Shown here: positions 9,359 to 16,443 of the stretch, in pieces
How the letters are laid out: each line of letters starts with the position of its first letter
Numbering within the stretch: the stretch's first letter is position 1
NCBI RefSeq assembly: GCF_001545095.1
Contig: NZ_CP013213.1
Coordinates: forward strand, 300,001-332,000
Reading direction: 5' to 3'
Length of the DNA: 32,000 bases
Origin: Erysipelothrix larvae
GTDB taxonomy: Bacteria; Bacillota_I; Bacilli_A; Erysipelotrichales; Erysipelotrichaceae
Made by a program: the position numbers and the translations under genes
The notes under the pieces: generated by a model
The model's database searches: none
The model's input: only the letters and a program-made list of their open reading frames with translations
What the model was told of the DNA's origin: nothing

Positions 9359-10376
9359 ACATATTCACTGTGATGAACTCTACCGAGCCTATGCAGCCCA
9401 GGTTATGGAAGTAGATGATGAATTGGCTGTATTGATTGCGTCTGAAGAAGCTGGTTATCCAGGATATATGTATCGTGGAGAGAACTTTGAGCACCGCGAA
9501 CTATTATGGGAAAAAGGGGGTGGATGTATGTCCATTATTCCAATCCCAAATAAGAAAAATGAGTTTCTCGCAGTCATGGATTTTTACCTTAAGGTATCGC
9601 CATCTCAATCCAAACTTGTTTGGGGTAAGTATCATAAAGATACGGGTTGGGTAATTCATGATGTCATGTTCCTTCCGTATTTGCATCGTTTTGATATCTA
9701 TCCCATTGAGGGAAAAAACATCGTTGTGTGTGCTACGATTGCAGATGATAAACAATATAAGGATGATTGGTCACTGCCTGGGTCGATTTACAGTGGGGAA
9801 CTTCCAGAAGATCCACGTGAGGGCATCAAGCTTTCGATGATTGAAACTGGGTTTTATCGCAATCATGGATATTTTAGAAAAGAAACCTTGGATGGACCTT
9901 TAGGGTATTTTACCAGTGATCAGGGGATTATTACGCTGAATCATGGTAAGAAGGACTGGAAGGTTGAAAAAATTATGGATTCGATGATCAGTGAAGTTGC
10001 GGTCATGGACCTAAATGGAGATGGGGTGGATGAGTTGATTACCATCGAACCCTTCCATGGAAATACAATCAAAGTCTATGAAGCAAAAGACGGTGCGTAT
10101 GAAGCGGTTTATACCTTCCCAGGAGAACTTGACTTTGGCCATGCGCTCGTATGTGCGGATTTATTTGGAAAACCAGCCTTTGTGGGTGGCATTCGGCGTG
10201 TAAATTGTGAGCTCTTTACAATTACCTATGAAAACGGTCAGTACAGCTTGAATGTGATTGATCACGGAGGTCCTGCAAACCTAGCGGTAGGGTATCGTGG
10301 TGATCAAGTGATCATTGCTGCAGCAAATCATACTCGAAATGAAGCGGCGGTTTATATCTTAGAAAACGAATCATGA
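9348..10376 (+). CDS. Hypothetical cytoplasmic protein with an FG-GAP/VCBS-like calcium-loop motif; last gene of the ula operon
   Basis: 342 aa with no signal peptide or TM segment. It carries MDLNGDGVDELITIEPFHG (a DxNxDGxDE-type loop) and short strand-like segments throughout. An AGGAG at 9337-9341 lies 6 nt upstream of the ATG. The start overlaps the ulaE stop by 11 nt. A terminator follows. Confidence 0.7.
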   Translation: MKIKHIHCDELYRAYAAQVMEVDDELAVLIASEEAGYPGYMYRGENFEHRELLWEKGGGCMSIIPIPNKKNEFLAVMDFYLKVSPSQSKLVWGKYHKDTGWVIHDVMFLPYLHRFDIYPIEGKNIVVCATIADDKQYKDDWSLPGSIYSGELPEDPREGIKLSMIETGFYRNHGYFRKETLDGPLGYFTSDQGIITLNHGKKDWKVEKIMDSMISEVAVMDLNGDGVDELITIEPFHGNTIKVYEAKDGAYEAVYTFPGELDFGHALVCADLFGKPAFVGGIRRVNCELFTITYENGQYSLNVIDHGGPANLAVGYRGDQVIIAAANHTRNEAAVYILENES

Positions 10377-10378
10377 TG

Positions 10379-10406
10379 AGGGTGAGTGACAATCACCCTT
10401 TTTTTA
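10379..10406 (+). terminator. Rho-independent terminator of the ula operon
   Basis: AGGGTGA (10379-10385) pairs with TCACCCT (10393-10399), followed by a T-run. Confidence 0.8.
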
Positions 10407-10475
10407 ATTACGACCCTATAAAAAATATTCCCCAATATTTGTGACATTTTGACCGATTTCTTCCATTTATTAGTG

Positions 10476-10502
10476 AACAGCGCTGTGTGTGATCAACAGC
10501 GC
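10476..10502. repeat. GC-rich direct repeat AACAGCGC x2 (19-bp period) that can also form a hairpin
   Basis: AACAGCGC occurs at 10476-10483 and 10495-10502. GCGCTGT (10480-10486) can pair with ACAGCGC (10496-10502). The repeat lies 50-75 bp upstream of the -10 element of the sigma gene. Confidence 0.5.
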
Positions 10503-10546
10503 CATGCGAAATGAACGATTCTTGCAAGGCGTTGTTTGGTTCATAC

Positions 10547-10554
10547 TGTATAAT
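10547..10554 (+). promoter_or_regulatory. Putative -10 region (TGTATAAT) upstream of the ECF sigma gene
   Basis: TATAAT lies at 10549-10554 and is preceded by TG. TTGCAA at 10522-10527 is 21 nt away, so the -35 assignment is poor. Confidence 0.3.
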
Positions 10555-10575
10555 GAAGATATGTTTAAAACGTGA

Positions 10576-11076
10576 GTGAGGATGAGGCGTGTGCCATTCG
10601 ATAAAGATCGAGAAGTTGTGGAAATGTATAAGAGCGTAGTATATGGAATTGCACTGGTTCGTGTAAAGGGTGCCACTGATGCGGATGATATTTTTCAAGA
10701 AGTATTCATGGCATATTTTAAGCGACCCCGCGTTTTTCTCAACGAAGGGCATCGCAAAGGATGGCTCATTAAGACAACGATGATATGTTGCCAGAACTAT
10801 ATCAAAAATAAAAGGTCTTATGAAACTTTGGATGAGGAACATATCAGTGCTCCAATCAAACATGAAACACATCAAGAAGTGATTGATGCACTTTTCTCAC
10901 TGGATGAAACCGTACGAACGGTTATATATCTTTACTATTTCGAGGATTATAAAACAAAAGAAATTGCGTCGCTATTAGGACGAAAGGAATCAACGGTACG
11001 TATGCAGATGAAACGTGGACGCGCATCCCTAAAAGCCATCTTGGAGGAATCAAATGATGAAGAAGAGCGATATTAA
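10576..11076 (+). CDS. ECF-type RNA polymerase sigma-70 family factor
   Basis: About 160 aa. It has a region-2-like segment (DADDIFQEVFMAYF...GWLIKTTMICCQNYIKNKR) and a region-4 HTH (VIYLYYFEDYKTKEIASLLGRKESTVRMQMKRGRASLKAIL). The start is uncertain among GTG 10576, ATG 10582 and GTG 10591. An in-frame TGA lies at 10573-10575. Confidence 0.82.
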   Translation: MRMRRVPFDKDREVVEMYKSVVYGIALVRVKGATDADDIFQEVFMAYFKRPRVFLNEGHRKGWLIKTTMICCQNYIKNKRSYETLDEEHISAPIKHETHQEVIDALFSLDETVRTVIYLYYFEDYKTKEIASLLGRKESTVRMQMKRGRASLKAILEESNDEEERY

Positions 11077-12169
11077 AACCATTAAGGAAGCATTTAATCC
11101 CAGTGAAGAACTTGTGGATAAGGTAAGCAAACGGGCAAAAGAACAAAGGATGACCTTCAGAAGAAGCGGGTTGAGGTTGAGTGTCAGTATGATGGTGGTG
11201 GTCGCAATGGTGCTGATTTACCAACAAATAATACCAGGAAATCGGCCGATTGATGGCGGCGTTGAAACACAGACCATCACAGGATTACCGATTGATACAT
11301 CCTTACTTGTCAGTGATCGATTAAATGATAGTAATTCGAAAACTGAAGACTCCCTAGCCTATGTGATTGAAACAATTGACGATTGGTTTAGACATGAAAT
11401 AGAAGCAATTGTAATCGCAAGAGTGGTTGAACTTCGTGAACCAAATGAAACAGAATTCAGCATCATAACACCGGTCACACTTGAAATCCTTCAGTCCGTA
11501 AAGGGAGATTTGAAGGGTCAAATTAAGGCCTTTGATGTTGGGTTATCAAGTAGCACTATGTATTATGAAACATACCCTAAAACGGATTTAAGGGTCGGTG
11601 GGGTGTATGTCCTTCCACTCTATATGGGAGAGAGCGGGTGGACTTTATCCTACACCACTTTTGTCTTATTTGAAATTGATGATATGGGAAATTTAAACTC
11701 ACATACTGCATTTGAAGGACTTAATAAATATGATGGTAAACCGTATACAACCTTGATTGAAGATCTGAACAAACGCCTCAACGACGCCACCTTTATGTTA
11801 AAGACAAGTGCGTTTGGTCAAGCATTTGAAATGTTTGAACTGATTCAAGGCACTGTTTTACACATTGAACTGCCAGAAGCTTCAAATGCAAGTAGAACCT
11901 TTGTGACCATCGAAATCAAAGATTCGTTTACGAACCATGTTTTTGATGATGTCATCGTCGTTCAATACTATGATACATCGACAATCCTTCAAGAAGGGGA
12001 TGATGTCATCCTGTTTGTGAATCTCTATAAGGGCTATGAAGGTAATGATGCTTGGAGTGCGCAGATCGATGCGCAGCAAACAATTCACTCAGGCGGAATA
12101 TACTTTGATCAGTTTGATGGATTCGCTTATCAAAGTGTCTTAGATGCCATTTATCAACTGAAACCATGA
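11054..12169 (+). CDS. Putative single-pass anti-sigma factor with a roughly 310-aa extracytoplasmic domain of unknown family
   Basis: 371 aa. It has a roughly 40-aa charged N-terminus, one TM helix (LRLSVSMMVVVAMVLIY) and a large C-terminal domain. A GGAGGA RBS is present. The start overlaps the sigma gene's 3' end by 23 nt. No HxxxCxxC zinc anti-sigma motif is present. Confidence 0.6.
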   Translation: MMKKSDIKTIKEAFNPSEELVDKVSKRAKEQRMTFRRSGLRLSVSMMVVVAMVLIYQQIIPGNRPIDGGVETQTITGLPIDTSLLVSDRLNDSNSKTEDSLAYVIETIDDWFRHEIEAIVIARVVELREPNETEFSIITPVTLEILQSVKGDLKGQIKAFDVGLSSSTMYYETYPKTDLRVGGVYVLPLYMGESGWTLSYTTFVLFEIDDMGNLNSHTAFEGLNKYDGKPYTTLIEDLNKRLNDATFMLKTSAFGQAFEMFELIQGTVLHIELPEASNASRTFVTIEIKDSFTNHVFDDVIVVQYYDTSTILQEGDDVILFVNLYKGYEGNDAWSAQIDAQQTIHSGGIYFDQFDGFAYQSVLDAIYQLKP

Positions 12170-12459
12170 TGAAATTAACAGTCTCATCATGAGTGAATTG
12201 AAGCTAAGAAACAACGGGTACAAAGAAATGGTTTATTAATCGCGATAAACGAGTCATAAAAAAATCACGGAAATACCACACTTAAGTTTTTCATAGGGTA
12301 TAGTTTAATATCCTTAACAAATTAGTCTTAGAATAAATAGGGTTGTAACGAAATAGTGTAGAATTTCATATACTTTTGTTGCAACTCTTTTTATGTCGTT
12401 TCAAAGACATTTTTTTCATTCTTGAAATAATCTAACACAAGTTCACACGAAAATCATAC

Positions 12460-12495
12460 ATGTTTCAAGTGTTAACACTACATAAAATGTTTCAA
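12460..12495. repeat. 12-bp perfect palindrome AGTGTTAACACT flanked by ATGTTTCAA direct repeats
   Basis: The palindrome is at 12468-12479. ATGTTTCAA occurs at 12460-12468 and 12487-12495. A third GTTTCAA lies at 12398-12404 and an extra TAACAC half-site at 12433-12438. TATAAT lies at 12508-12513. Confidence 0.55.
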
Positions 12496-12537
12496 TTTTG
12501 ATATGATTATAATGACGTGAAGATTGGACAATAACTT

Positions 12538-13914
12538 ATGAGTAAACAACAAAAAAACATGATTATGATATTGGTTGGTGTTATCCTTATCTCAGGGGTA
12601 ATCACAGGAATTATTATTTGGAACGCACGATGTGTATTGGATGGAACACAGATTTGTTATGATGAGAATAATAAAGTGTTTTACCTTGAAGAAGATGCAA
12701 AGGTCAGTGTTCAGGTTGAATCTGATTCTTTGAAGCAATACCTAGAAGAGACATGGATTACCCTACACCCTGAATATGAAGGGGCACTTGAAATCACGGT
12801 TAGAGAAAGTTTAACTTTAGATGAATTAGCCGCTGAGGGCTTACCTTTTGATCTAAATGTAACGGGGCAAACCAGTGCTGCTTTTATTATGGATAAGGTG
12901 TTTGATATGGGAAGTGCTGTGGGAGATACCATTCTTGCCAATGTTCCAACCCAGCTGCAAGATGCCAGCAATGCATCGGGAATTGTATTTGTACCTAATA
13001 GCACAAAGGGGTGGCTTTTTGTATATAACAAAACCTTTGCTGAAGAATTAGGCTATGACCTAACCGATGAAGATTTGTCGGGTTTACCCGATATCTTTGA
13101 ATCCTGGGAAGATATTATTGAATTCGCACCACAACTTCTTGAACAAATGGATACTGTATTCCCGCTGACCTTTGTGGACCAAGAATCCTTTTACCCCTTC
13201 TTAACAGGAGGACGTTGGCTGCTTAACTTCACAAACCGTGGTTCAGATCCTGGATTTGGTTCCAGTGAATTTCTGGATGGATTAGCTCTGATTGAAGCAT
13301 TGCGTGATGCACCGATTGTGCCAACGCAAGAAGATGGTACAGTTTCGAGTGCTGAATCTTTAGCATGGCGTTATGAAGAAGCGCTGTATAATAGAGAAAC
13401 CCTCTTTACAATCGCAATTGACTGGATGCAATTGGATGAGCACAGTGCATTAACTGGGGATGAATATGTGTATGCACCGTTCCCAAGTTTTAAAGGGACC
13501 CGTCTTTCACCGATGGCTGAAGTGGATGGCTATGTGATGTCGAACGATGTTGAATATCCTTCCGCAACTGCAGAGGTCTTAAGAATCTTAAGAGCGCCTG
13601 CTGCCGCAAGTGTTTATTCAAGTGCTTCAAGTAAAACCTTTGTGATGATGCGTCATGAATTTCAAAACTTACAGGTTGATGATGAAACCTTAAATAAGAT
13701 TCGTGCTTATAGTTACAGTGATTCTGTTCCGGTAATGACACTGGATGATAATCCTGCAGTATTATCGCGTTATGTGTTTCAAGAAGTCGATATCATGGAT
13801 GTCCTCAAAGATTTATACGATCAAAAACTAAGTGCTCAAGAAGTTCAAGAGGTCATTGTCCAACGTGCTACTGAATGGATTGACACTCACGCAGTGGAGG
13901 CAAGTGATGATTGA
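12538..13914 (+). CDS. Membrane-tethered extracellular solute-binding-protein-like (family 1 SBP-like) protein
   Basis: 458 aa. It has an N-terminal TM anchor (MIMILVGVILISGVITGIIIW) and no lipobox. The body has the feel of a MalE-class SBP. No ABC permease or ATPase gene is adjacent. The RBS is weak. Confidence 0.55.
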   Translation: MSKQQKNMIMILVGVILISGVITGIIIWNARCVLDGTQICYDENNKVFYLEEDAKVSVQVESDSLKQYLEETWITLHPEYEGALEITVRESLTLDELAAEGLPFDLNVTGQTSAAFIMDKVFDMGSAVGDTILANVPTQLQDASNASGIVFVPNSTKGWLFVYNKTFAEELGYDLTDEDLSGLPDIFESWEDIIEFAPQLLEQMDTVFPLTFVDQESFYPFLTGGRWLLNFTNRGSDPGFGSSEFLDGLALIEALRDAPIVPTQEDGTVSSAESLAWRYEEALYNRETLFTIAIDWMQLDEHSALTGDEYVYAPFPSFKGTRLSPMAEVDGYVMSNDVEYPSATAEVLRILRAPAAASVYSSASSKTFVMMRHEFQNLQVDDETLNKIRAYSYSDSVPVMTLDDNPAVLSRYVFQEVDIMDVLKDLYDQKLSAQEVQEVIVQRATEWIDTHAVEASDD

Positions 13915-14557
13915 TGCTACATGGGAAAGAGCACTTGAAGAGGTCCTTCATTCGCAAGCGTTTAAGGACTTAATGAACTTTGTTGATGAAGCTTATGCCA
14001 CAAAAACGATTTACCCACCCAAGGAACAACTCTTCAATGCCTTTAACGTAACCCCCTTTGATGCATGCAAGGTCGTGATATTAGGGCAAGATCCATACCA
14101 TGGACCAAACCAAGCGATGGGGTTGAGTTTTTCTGTTAATGAAGGGGTACCACTCCCTAAAAGCTTGGCGAACATCTACAGGGAACTGTATGATGATTTG
14201 AAGATTACCCGACTCAGTGGTGATTTAACCTCATGGGCTCAACAAGGGGTGTTGTTGTTGAATACACTTTTAAGTGTTGAACATGGAAAACCCTTATCCC
14301 ATCAAAATAAGGGATGGGAAGTATTAAGTGATGCAGTGATTCACACACTGAATAAACGTGAAGAACCCGTGATATTTGTATTGTGGGGTAAGGAAGCGCA
14401 ATCGAAAGCAAAATATATCGACGACCATCATATACTAATCAGTGGTCCACATCCTTCTCCATTAAGTGCTTATCGTGGTTTTTTTGGGTCAAAGCCCTTT
14501 TCAAGAATTAATCAAGAATTAAAGAAGATGAATAAAACACCGATTGATTGGAGCTAA
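13907..14557 (+). CDS. ung: Uracil-DNA glycosylase (family 1)
   Basis: The GQDPYH and HPSPLS motifs are present. The N-terminus MIDATWERAL aligns with the E. coli Ung start region. A GGAGG lies 7 nt upstream of the ATG at 13907. The start overlaps the preceding stop in ATGATTGA. The track start at 13832 is read-through. Confidence 0.92.
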   Translation: MIDATWERALEEVLHSQAFKDLMNFVDEAYATKTIYPPKEQLFNAFNVTPFDACKVVILGQDPYHGPNQAMGLSFSVNEGVPLPKSLANIYRELYDDLKITRLSGDLTSWAQQGVLLLNTLLSVEHGKPLSHQNKGWEVLSDAVIHTLNKREEPVIFVLWGKEAQSKAKYIDDHHILISGPHPSPLSAYRGFFGSKPFSRINQELKKMNKTPIDWS

Positions 14558-14559
14558 TT

Positions 14560-15768
14560 ATGTTTGATACCTTAAAAGAAGCGCTTGAAGTCTTAGAAGC
14601 GCGCAAGAATCGAAGACTGGGAATAGATGGTCTACTCAATGCATTGCCTGAATACAACAATCCTCAAAACGCACTGTCATGTATTCATATTGGGGGAACC
14701 AATGGAAAAGGTTCTACCACAGATTTTACACGAAGCATCCTTGAAAATGCAGGATACCGTGTCGGAAGTTTTACTTCACCACATTTAATCGCACACAATG
14801 ATCGCATTCGGATTAATAATGAGCCTATTGCTGATGATGTGTTGCTTCAGTACATTAATGATACCCATGCAGTGTGGGAAAAACATGGACTCAGTATGTT
14901 TGAAATCGATATGCTGATTTCCCTTATTTACTACAGAGATCAAAAGGTTGATGTCTGTATTTATGAAGTGGGTTTAGGGGGGCGTTTGGATGCAACGAAT
15001 GTGATCATTCCTAAAGTCAGTGCCATAACCCATGTTGATTTTGATCACATGGATATCTTAGGGGATACACTTGAAAAGATTGCCTTTGAAAAAGCTGGAA
15101 TCATTAAACAAGGGGTCCCAATGCTTACCACAGAAAAACAAAAAAGTGCGCAAGATGTCATTAAGGAAGTCGCAAGACAAAGACATGCACCGTATCTTCA
15201 AATCAACATACCAGATTACAAAGTTGATCAAAAATCAGTCACCTTTAAGGTCTTTGATACAGAGATTAGTTTGGTGAATCAACCGATTTATCAAGTTGAG
15301 AATGCAACCTTAGCTGCGTATATTGTGAAACAATATGATCCCCAAATATCGAGCGATACCATTAAATCAGGGTTAGAATTAACACACTGGGCGGGGCGTT
15401 TTGAAGAGATTCGTGAATCTGTTTATCTTGATGGTGCACATAATATGAATGGTGTCACAAAGCTTATAGAGAGTCTTCAACTGCTTCCAAAACCGTGGAC
15501 AATATTATTTACAGCATTAAAAGATAAAGAATATAAGACCATGGTTAGCTTGCTTGAAGCACAAGCGGATACACTCATCATTACTGAATTTAACTTTAGT
15601 CGTGCTGAATCTGCAGAGAATTTGGCGATGGGACATGATGCCATTGTGATTAAAGATAAGTATGAAGCCATTGATTATGGACTAAACCATAGAAATGGTG
15701 GCACGTTTATCATTACAGGATCGCTTTACTTTATTTCCGAAGCTCGTGAATATTTGAGTCAACAATGA
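14560..15768 (+). CDS. folC: Folylpolyglutamate synthase / dihydrofolate synthase
   Basis: The Mur-ligase-type P-loop HIGGTNGKGST is present, and the length is about 400 aa. A GGAG RBS sits inside the ung 3' end. The ATG at 14560 is 2 nt after the ung stop. Confidence 0.9.
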   Translation: MFDTLKEALEVLEARKNRRLGIDGLLNALPEYNNPQNALSCIHIGGTNGKGSTTDFTRSILENAGYRVGSFTSPHLIAHNDRIRINNEPIADDVLLQYINDTHAVWEKHGLSMFEIDMLISLIYYRDQKVDVCIYEVGLGGRLDATNVIIPKVSAITHVDFDHMDILGDTLEKIAFEKAGIIKQGVPMLTTEKQKSAQDVIKEVARQRHAPYLQINIPDYKVDQKSVTFKVFDTEISLVNQPIYQVENATLAAYIVKQYDPQISSDTIKSGLELTHWAGRFEEIRESVYLDGAHNMNGVTKLIESLQLLPKPWTILFTALKDKEYKTMVSLLEAQADTLIITEFNFSRAESAENLAMGHDAIVIKDKYEAIDYGLNHRNGGTFIITGSLYFISEAREYLSQQ

Positions 15769-15845
15769 GTTTGAGTGTATGTCTGAGCATATGTTATAAA
15801 CCTATCAAAGACAAAAAAGAGCTCATATTTGCATAGTCCACTTAA

Positions 15846-15880
15846 AATAAAGAACCACATGATGTGGTTCTTTATTATTT
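15846..15880 (+). terminator. Rho-independent terminator after folC
   Basis: There is a near-perfect palindrome AATAAAGAACCACAT-g-ATGTGGTTCTTTATT at 15846-15876, followed by a T-rich tail. Confidence 0.85.
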
Positions 15881-15925
15881 TCAGACACTACTTAAATAGG
15901 TTTATCCATAAGTGCTTTGCATCCT

Positions 15926-16111
15926 TCATTGAATGCAAATAAGGTGAGCTCTTTTTAAGACCATTGATGATTGCACTGATAAAGGATGCTGGTTGTTGAT
16001 ACCCCATAAATGATCAGGCTGTACCCTGTGTTGATTTATACCATCACCGATTTTGCGATAAGTATGGCGCATCAATTCACGAGAAGATGGACAAGATAGA
16101 TGGAGACGCAA
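15926..16111 (-). pseudogene. Possible remnant of a tyrosine recombinase (integrase) gene, frameshifted and truncated
   Basis: The minus-strand ORF contains RELMRHTY...GINQHRVQPDHLWG, which resembles the box-II HxLRHTY...G(V/I)N...VQ..LGH region. An adjacent upstream frame (about 16112-16259) reads ITTPLKTLTSQKIHFIPINL, which resembles the KT..S.R.IP strand. The spacing between the two motifs is too short for an intact enzyme. The call rests on by-eye motifs only. Confidence 0.25.
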
Positions 16112-16404
16112 GGTGAGTCAGACATAAATTTATGGGAATAAAGTGTATTTTTTGCGACGTCAAGGTTTTCAAAGGCGTGGTAATGATGTATAGTGGTTGG
16201 GGATTTGTTATAATGTGGACGTCAACCGTTGTTGATGCTCGTTTGATATCATGAATTTTTAAAGAATCTTGTTAAATTGAGCAATCCCTTAACAAATTCC
16301 TAAAATCGATTAAAATTATATAAGTTTACTGGGGGTTCATTAGTGATTTTATACTGGATGACGATTTATTTGAGGGTGACAATAATTTTAGTTGTATTTG
16401 TTTG

Positions 16405-16413
16405 TGTTATAAT
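16405..16413 (+). promoter_or_regulatory. Extended -10 promoter (TGtTATAAT) upstream of the alpha-amylase gene
   Basis: TGTTATAAT lies at 16405-16413, about 30 nt upstream of the GGAGG RBS and the ATG at 16444. Confidence 0.4.
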
Positions 16414-16443
16414 TGAGGCTAGAAATTATGGAGGTAACGGTTT

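Noticed and set aside
10512-10533. A TGAAC...CGTT sequence upstream of the sigma gene was considered as an autoregulatory ECF promoter.
   Set aside because: The spacer between AAC and CGT is 13 nt, which is shorter than the usual 16-17 nt. This is not enough to make the call.
10408-10875. A 155-aa minus-strand ORF (with a nested 68-aa ORF) overlaps the ECF sigma gene and its upstream region.
   Set aside because: It is antisense to a gene with clear sigma regions 2 and 4. Its sequence is low-complexity (Phe/Ile/His-rich), it has no RBS, and it would run through the promoter region. This is a typical shadow ORF in AT-rich DNA.
12396-12495. TGAAAC (a SigW-type -35 element) appears three times on the minus strand as the complement of the GTTTCAA repeats. 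TGTAAC and TGCAAC appear on the plus strand at 12344 and 12380. These were considered as possible ECF promoters.
   Set aside because: None has a CGT-type -10 element at the 16-17-nt spacing expected for ECF promoters. The spacings found are 11-13 nt, or there is no CGT at all. The minus-strand copies would also fire antisense into the anti-sigma gene. They are kept only as repeats.
12170-12537. A THF or other riboswitch was considered ahead of the operon containing folC.
   Set aside because: I could not recognise any conserved riboswitch core sequence or a terminator/antiterminator pair. folC is also two genes downstream. Only a covariance-model scan could settle this.
16155-16224. The 8-mer GACGTCAA is repeated about 62 bp apart.
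   Set aside because: The repeat is short and isolated, it lies inside the putative recombinase remnant, and it has no supporting symmetry. It is probably chance.
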